From Nitrososphaeraceae archaeon (lineage in GTDB: Archaea > Thermoproteota > Nitrososphaeria > Nitrososphaerales > Nitrososphaeraceae): 13,234 nucleotides of DNA. Of the stretch, positions 8,065 to 13,234 are shown piece after piece. The translations under genes were made by a program, and so were the position numbers. The notes below the pieces were generated by a model. The model saw only the letters and a list, made by a program, of their open reading frames with translations, did not search any database and was not told the DNA's origin. The stretch covers positions 1 to 13,234 of the forward strand of contig JBIOZG010000053.1 of the NCBI GenBank assembly GCA_044870765.1. Direction: 5' to 3'. Numbering within the stretch: position 1 is the stretch's first letter; every line of letters begins with the position of its first letter.

Positions 8065-8426
8065 TAGGATATCTCCTCTATTTTACCCAGCTTATTTTAT
8101 GTTGGAATTGCGGTGTTGTCATTTTAATATTTTTGGATCAACCTATAACAGTACATTTTTTTTGAACTGTATGACGATCGACTGTTCATAAGGAGGAGTT
8201 AATCACCCAATATGATAGTTTTTTTACAAACCGCCTACAAGATTAACTATCTTTTTATAGGAACGTATAATTGATTATAGTGGTATTTGAATAAAGTTCG
8301 GTGCGAATGCCTCGGTACCCGTGATGCTATCGGTTCTAAATTAGGATTCTTAATTATAAAATGGATTATAAAGCTCTAAAGTTTTCTTTTTTGGATATCG
8401 TTAGTACGGATATTTTGTTTTATTAC

Positions 8427-8942
8427 TTAGAATAACTTTTTCCTAAATCTAAATACATGTATACGTCTTACAATTAAATTTATAGCTAAATAAGAGAAAC
8501 ATGAGGCTATAATAGATGCTATTGTTGCAGCTTGTACTGGCTGATATTCTATTTTCAACAATTCAAGTAGAATGAAGAACCGTGATACATTATTGATAAT
8601 ATCAAATATAGCATCAGCAAATATCATCTTTGTTACTATTTGTTTTAAAATATCAAAGTTCAATTTACCAGTAAATCTTCTTGTATATTTCTTCTTATTA
8701 TCAAGATGAAAAAGAATAACAAAGATTACTTTAGAGGAGATGAATCCGGTTATTACAGTTAATGTAGAAGTTGCAAAATCACCATAGGAATATTTCGTAG
8801 ATACATATGCAACGATAAGACTAACAATAAAACCAGCCGAACCTGAAAGTAGCAGATTTTTGTTGAGAGATATGGTGCTGGTATACCTCACATAAAATTT
8901 TGTAAGGTAATTTGTTATTTTACTACCAGGTTTTCCTTTCAT
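8427..8942 (-). CDS. Hypothetical membrane protein (about 4 TM, possibly GtrA-like)
   Basis: Two hydrophobic hairpins separated by a basic loop. Divergent from the MCO gene, with TATA TTTATATA near 8988-8981. The family assignment is tentative. Confidence 0.7.
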   Translation of the reverse strand: MKGKPGSKITNYLTKFYVRYTSTISLNKNLLLSGSAGFIVSLIVAYVSTKYSYGDFATSTLTVITGFISSKVIFVILFHLDNKKKYTRRFTGKLNFDILKQIVTKMIFADAIFDIINNVSRFFILLELLKIEYQPVQAATIASIIASCFSYLAINLIVRRIHVFRFRKKLF

Positions 8943-9087
8943 TTAATAGTCTATACTGCAAACAATCATTTATGAGTATTTATATAAAATGACTTATTTC
9001 GAAGAATTTTGTTACTAATGGATGTTGATCTTCCTTAAAATAGTCCATTTTTAATTAATTCCCCTTATTTCATGGGGGATTAGAATC

Positions 9088-9159
9088 CATTTAAAATAAC
9101 AACATTTAGAATAACAACATAGGTGGGATTACAAAATCGGTAAAAATCTAAAAATCTAA
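9088..9159. repeat. Two short tandem duplications in the divergent intergenic region
   Basis: CATTTAAAATAACAA/CATTTAGAATAACAA/CAT (15-nt period, 9088-9120) and TAAAAATC/TAAAAATC/TAA (9141-9159). Confidence 0.7.
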
Positions 9160-9198
9160 TGAGCACACTCATAGTTCAGCATACTCCGACTATAATTG

Positions 9199-9250
9199 TT
9201 AGACTAGGGAAACATTTATTAGCATTTCTAACTAACTTAAATATAGTTAA
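9199..9250 (+). promoter_or_regulatory. MCO promoter with candidate MntR/DtxR-family operator(s)
   Basis: TTAG-CATTT-CTAA (9219-9231) overlaps TATA-like TTTATTA (9215-9221). A degenerate TTAG-ACTAG-GGAA lies 20 nt upstream, and TAACT-N7-AGTTA is at 9233-9249. Confidence 0.4.
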
Positions 9251-9255
9251 TAAAC

Positions 9256-10416
9256 TTGATGAGTTACCCACGAATAGCGGTACTGTTTGGTATTGCTATT
9301 TCCATTATTGTTTTTGCTATCTCTACAGCGTTATATGGTAAAAGTTCCCTTAGCGATCAAAATTCATCAAAGCTAAACACATTTGGTGGTCATACACCAG
9401 GCTATCCTACGCTTCAAACAACCGGTGATGTTTTAGATCCAACTTCATTCGTCATAAACCCGAAGACTGCAGTTGTAGACCCAATGAAATACCTGAGGGA
9501 ATTTAATTACGGAAAACTGTCAACGTCTTCTAATGGAACTGTGATAAGAGATTTTACAATGATTGCATCGGACCAACAGACTAAAGAAGTTTCTCCAGGC
9601 GTCTTCTATAATGTATGGACGTATAACGGTACAATACCCGGGCCAACTTTACGAGCTACAGAAGGCGATACAATCAGGATCACTTTAATTAATAACGGCT
9701 CTAAATTCCACTCAATACACTTTCATGGTATACACCCTTCTGAAATGGATGGAGTCTTTGAAGGAATTGCACCTGGGGGCAAATTCACATATCAATTTAC
9801 CGCAGAACCATTTGGAGTATTTCCATACCATTGTCATATGCAGCCACTCGAGGAACACATAACCCATGGTCTTTATGGTGCATTGATAATAGATCCGAAG
9901 AAACCAAGAGCAAATGCAGATGAGATGGTAATGTTAATGAATGGTTACGATACTGATTTTGATACTGAAAATAACTTCTATACAGTTAACGGTATCCCAT
10001 ACTATTACATGCACCATCCAATCCAAATTGACCAAAATAGATTAATTCGAATATATCTATTAAATATGCTTGAATTTGATCCTCTAAACAACTTCCATTT
10101 ACACGCAAATATGTTTAATTTCTATAAAACCGGTACGAAATTGATACCAGATGAATATACTGATATCGTTACTATGAACCAGGCAGAACGTGGAATATTG
10201 GAATTCAGCTATAAATATCCGGGAAAGTATATGTTCCATGCTCACAAGACTGAGTTTGCTGAGAAAGGGTGGACAGGTTTATTTCTTGTAAAAGAGGGGA
10301 CAAATCAGTCTATTAATGAGAATTTAAACGTTACTTCAATAAGGAATATTACTAATTACTCTACAACTGATTTTAATAACACGTCTGGCTTAGTGCCAAC
10401 AGGAGGCGTAAATTAA
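9256..10416 (+). CDS. Membrane-anchored/secreted two-domain multicopper oxidase (type C, T1 Cu in domain 1)
   Basis: WTYNGTIPGPTLRATEGD, HSIHFHG, YHCHMQPLEEHITHGLYG, NNFHLHAN and YMFHAH. N-terminal TM/signal segment. The start may be ATG 9259. Confidence 0.95.
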   Translation: MMSYPRIAVLFGIAISIIVFAISTALYGKSSLSDQNSSKLNTFGGHTPGYPTLQTTGDVLDPTSFVINPKTAVVDPMKYLREFNYGKLSTSSNGTVIRDFTMIASDQQTKEVSPGVFYNVWTYNGTIPGPTLRATEGDTIRITLINNGSKFHSIHFHGIHPSEMDGVFEGIAPGGKFTYQFTAEPFGVFPYHCHMQPLEEHITHGLYGALIIDPKKPRANADEMVMLMNGYDTDFDTENNFYTVNGIPYYYMHHPIQIDQNRLIRIYLLNMLEFDPLNNFHLHANMFNFYKTGTKLIPDEYTDIVTMNQAERGILEFSYKYPGKYMFHAHKTEFAEKGWTGLFLVKEGTNQSINENLNVTSIRNITNYSTTDFNNTSGLVPTGGVN

Positions 10417-11729
10417 TGGAAATAGAGGAAGGCAATACCAGTAACACTCACAGAATTTCGAAGCGTACTATACTATTTGGAGTTATTCCCTTTATCGTTA
10501 TTGGGGCATTGGTAGTATTGCTATTGAATTCTTCGGGAGTCTTATTCCAAAGTTCTATCAAGCCGCTACCAGAAATTTCTATCGAGAAGGTTCAGTTTTC
10601 AGAGAACAATATGATAATAGCATTTGTAAGAAACACTGGACCTTCAGAGATCAGCATCGCACAAGCTGATGTGAATGACAGGATATATCCTGCAGCAGTT
10701 GAGCCTGGACGAACATTAACTAGACTCGCAGATGCTAAGGTAATAATCCCATTTGTATGGAATACTGGAGAGCCATATACGATAGGGATAACTACAGACG
10801 ATGGAACCCGATTTGATAAATTGGTCAATTCTGCAGCTGCGGCGCCGCGCCCAACAGTAGGACAGGCTTCAACATTTGCTCTCATTGGTACATACGTAGG
10901 CATAATTCCTGTGATGATGGGTCTTGTATGGTATCCATTCATTAGAAGGTTAAGTCCTAATAAGTATAACTTTTTCCTTAGCCTTACTGCAGGATTATTA
11001 GTTTTTCTTGGTATAGACGCTCTACTAGAGAGTAACGAAATAGCAGTGGATAATCTTGCACCAGCCTTTAATGCACAGATTCTGATTATTATGGTTGCAA
11101 TCGTTACTTTAGTAACCCTACTATATGTTTCACAGAGACTCATTCAGCGTGCCTCAAAGCGTTCAAAACCTGACATTGAATATAAGACAGAATATTCAAG
11201 CCACCCAGAACCTGATCTAGGAACAAGGGACATGAAATCTACTTCTACGTCATTCCAACAACAACTGTTGATAAGGCCCATAGCCATATCGATGATGATT
11301 TCAATCGGTATCGGATTACATAATTTTGGAGAAGGCCTGGCTATTGGAGCAGCAGTACTGTTAGGCGAGGTAGCTTTAAGCTCATTTTTGATTTTAGGAT
11401 TCACTTTGCACAACACAACAGAGGGGTTGGCGATTGTAGCACCAATGGCTAAGAGTCGAAGAATTCCTGTAGCAAAGTTAATTATCATGGGTTTGATAGC
11501 AGGAGGTCCTACAATCATGGGAGCCTGGATAGGTGGATTTTTGTACTCTCCTATCGCAACTGTTATTTTTCTTTCAATTGGTGCAGGTGCAATATTCCAA
11601 GTAGTTTACTCGATTGGCTCTTGGATGTATCACACCAATGGCAGTAGAGGATTGCTAAGTAATCATTGGATTATCATAGGCTTTGCATTTGGGATGTTAA
11701 TAATGTATCTTACAGGACTGTTGGTTTAA
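10416..11729 (+). CDS. ZIP-family divalent metal transporter with N-terminal extracytoplasmic beta-sandwich domain
   Basis: TM4 GIGLHNFGEGLAIG, TM5 LHNTTEGLAIVAP, and GAGAIFQVV. About 100 aa soluble domain after the first TM. TAATG stop/start overlap with the MCO gene. Confidence 0.92.
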   Translation: MEIEEGNTSNTHRISKRTILFGVIPFIVIGALVVLLLNSSGVLFQSSIKPLPEISIEKVQFSENNMIIAFVRNTGPSEISIAQADVNDRIYPAAVEPGRTLTRLADAKVIIPFVWNTGEPYTIGITTDDGTRFDKLVNSAAAAPRPTVGQASTFALIGTYVGIIPVMMGLVWYPFIRRLSPNKYNFFLSLTAGLLVFLGIDALLESNEIAVDNLAPAFNAQILIIMVAIVTLVTLLYVSQRLIQRASKRSKPDIEYKTEYSSHPEPDLGTRDMKSTSTSFQQQLLIRPIAISMMISIGIGLHNFGEGLAIGAAVLLGEVALSSFLILGFTLHNTTEGLAIVAPMAKSRRIPVAKLIIMGLIAGGPTIMGAWIGGFLYSPIATVIFLSIGAGAIFQVVYSIGSWMYHTNGSRGLLSNHWIIIGFAFGMLIMYLTGLLV

Positions 11730-11736
11730 AGATGAT

Positions 11737-11760
11737 TACTAAATATTTAGTAGGACAAAA
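11737..11760 (+). promoter_or_regulatory. Perfect 16-bp palindrome and overlapping imperfect inverted repeat upstream of the regulator (candidate autoregulatory operator)
   Basis: TACTAAATATTTAGTA (11737-11752) and TTTAGT-AGG-ACAAAA (11746-11760, TTAG-N5-CAAA). Confidence 0.5.
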
Positions 11761-11787
11761 AGGGAAATTAAAGAGGTGGTCCTTCTG

Positions 11788-12246
11788 ATGAATAAACTGA
11801 GTGAGGTGACAGGATTGGACAAGGAGAATAGACTAGAGGCTATTCGCTATGCAAATAGTGTAAAGAAAGAGGATCGGACAGATAGAATGGAGGATTATCT
11901 AGAAGTAATTTATGAACTAGTACAAGAGAAGGGATATGCTACGACGGTAGACATTTCAAGTTACCTCAATGTGAGTTCACCTAGTGTGACCAAAATGATG
12001 CAGAAACTCGATGAAACGGGCTATCTAAAGTACGAAAAATATAGAGGCATCAAATTAACCAATGAAGGAACCCGTATTGCTCGAAATATTCGAAACAGAC
12101 ACGGTCTTTTAGCTGAATTCTTCATGATAATTGGGGTCGACGAGGAAACCGCTAATAATGATGCAGAAGGTATAGAACATCACTTGCATCCTGAAACTAT
12201 GAAGAAGCTCGAAGAATTCATAAACGAACTAAAAAAACACAACTAA
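11788..12246 (+). CDS. mntR: DtxR-family metal-dependent repressor, MntR type (no FeoA/SH3 domain)
   Basis: MEDYLEVIYEL..EKGYA, PSVTKMMQKLD, YEKYRGIKLT, RHGLL and IIGVDEE...NDAEGIEHH closely match B. subtilis MntR. SD GAGGTG at 11773-11778 favours ATG 11788 over GTG 11776. Confidence 0.9.
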   Translation: MNKLSEVTGLDKENRLEAIRYANSVKKEDRTDRMEDYLEVIYELVQEKGYATTVDISSYLNVSSPSVTKMMQKLDETGYLKYEKYRGIKLTNEGTRIARNIRNRHGLLAEFFMIIGVDEETANNDAEGIEHHLHPETMKKLEEFINELKKHN

Positions 12247-12382
12247 AAAGATATAAACTTTTAATGCATTCTTCAAAGAAATGGTTGAAAATAAAGGGGA
12301 GTCAATTAACATCATTAATGAAAATATTGACAAGGCAATTTAAATGATGCCTGTTATTATTTCACTGTTTGGTAATGAGGAT

Positions 12383-12574
12383 ATGGATATAACTGAATTT
12401 CCTTTGACTAATAAATCAGTTTTCTATCTGTGCAGCTACGGTGAGTGCTTTAGATTTATAGCAGACAAGTGTATGCATTGTTGTGCAAATCCTATACCTG
12501 ATACTGAAATGCATATCAATTATCTGAGACGTCTACCAGATATCAAAAAGGCAGTCACAGACTTGGGAGTATAA
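12383..12574 (+). CDS. Small Cys/His-rich putative metal-binding protein (63 aa)
   Basis: MDITEFPLTNKSVFYLCSYGECFRFIADKCMHCCANPIPDTEMHINYLRRLPDIKKAVTDLGV. GAGG precedes ATG 12383 and TTTAAA is at 12338-12343 (track start 12344 is an alternative). The stop is 22 nt before the VIT1 gene. Confidence 0.65.
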   Translation: MDITEFPLTNKSVFYLCSYGECFRFIADKCMHCCANPIPDTEMHINYLRRLPDIKKAVTDLGV

Positions 12575-12596
12575 ACTAGTCTTGTTATCTAATATT

Positions 12597-13234
12597 ATGA
12601 AATTTTCTATTGAAAACTTTGTCTATGGTGCTATTGATGGAGCTGTGACAACTTTTGCGGTTGTGGCAGCCGTTGTAGGTGCATTACTATCACCATCCAT
12701 CATAGTGATATTGGGATTTGCGAATTTATTCGCGGATGGGTTTTCTATGGCTATTGGAAACTACTTAGCCGTAAAAACACATAATGAATACGTTGCAAGA
12801 GAAAGAAAAAAAGAAGAATGGGAAATTGATAATCTGATTGAAGAAGAGAAACAAGAGATCCGAGACATTTACATCCAGAAAGGTTTCAAAGAGGAACTGC
12901 TAGAGGAGGTTGTACGAATAATTACTGGAAGACGGAAAGTCTGGGTAGATACCATGATGAGAGAAGAGCTGGGTTTGATTGAAGACAAGAACAGTCCTAT
13001 GGTCAACGCTGTAAATACTTTCGTAGGATTTAATGCCATAGGTATAATTCCACTAATCCCTTTCATTTTCTCTTATCTCTCAGGATTTAACATATCTATT
13101 AGTAACGCTTTTTTTTATTCAATAATAGCCACCGCAAGTTCTTTCTTCTTGATCGGAAGCATAAGGGGGAAAGTCGTGCAGAAACCTATGGCCAGATCAG
13201 GATTCAATACGTTATTGATAGGAGGAACCGCGGC
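12597..13234 (+). CDS. VIT1/CCC1-family Fe2+/Mn2+ transporter (3' end beyond window; not in ORF track)
   Basis: Manual translation MKFSIENFVYGAIDGAVTTFAVVAAVVGA...ILGFANLFADGFSMAIGNYL...ERKKEEWEI...EEKQEIRDIY..KGF...WVDTMMREELGL...GIIPLIPF, open to the edge. Confidence 0.95.
   Translation, partial: MKFSIENFVYGAIDGAVTTFAVVAAVVGALLSPSIIVILGFANLFADGFSMAIGNYLAVKTHNEYVARERKKEEWEIDNLIEEEKQEIRDIYIQKGFKEELLEEVVRIITGRRKVWVDTMMREELGLIEDKNSPMVNAVNTFVGFNAIGIIPLIPFIFSYLSGFNISISNAFFYSIIATASSFFLIGSIRGKVVQKPMARSGFNTLLIGGTA

Noticed and set aside
9088-9120. Possible CRISPR-like repeat
   Set aside because: Two adjacent 15-nt units without spacers, and no cas genes.
9159-9341. 60-aa plus ORF with Cys/Tyr-rich end
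   Set aside because: It runs through the MCO promoter, and its Cys-rich end is the alternative frame of the MCO signal peptide.
9256-10416. Calling the MCO nirK
   Set aside because: It retains four HxH motifs of a trinuclear oxidase centre and lacks the axial Met, and its context is metal transport.
10592-11518. Two minus ORFs (183 aa and 124 aa)
   Set aside because: Antisense shadows of the ZIP gene.
12869-13066. 65-aa minus ORF
   Set aside because: Antisense shadow of the VIT1/CCC1 gene.

Overview
This is AT-rich DNA with archaeal-style promoters: TATA boxes about 25-35 nt upstream of often leaderless TTG/GTG/ATG starts. The gene content is most consistent with a soil ammonia-oxidising archaeon (Nitrososphaerales); that assignment is an inference. 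The left 9 kb is a patchwork of stand-alone accessory genes: a partial secreted protein, a secreted papain-like Cys-His-Asp protein with thrombospondin type-3 repeats, a SnoaL-like protein, a DUF4760-like protein, a SAM methyltransferase, a cupin, a subtilisin with a natural M222A-type active site, two small membrane proteins, and an FG-GAP pseudogene missed by the ORF track. The right 4 kb is a co-oriented metal (probably manganese) homeostasis locus: two-domain multicopper oxidase, ZIP transporter with an ectodomain, MntR-type repressor, Cys-rich mini-protein and VIT1/CCC1 transporter (partial, missed by the ORF track). The most unexplained non-coding signal is a GC-rich 67-nt hairpin at 7226-7292, which sequesters a strong Shine-Dalgarno sequence and the start codon of a possible 30-aa ORF. 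No rRNA, tRNA, CRISPR array or transposase was seen.
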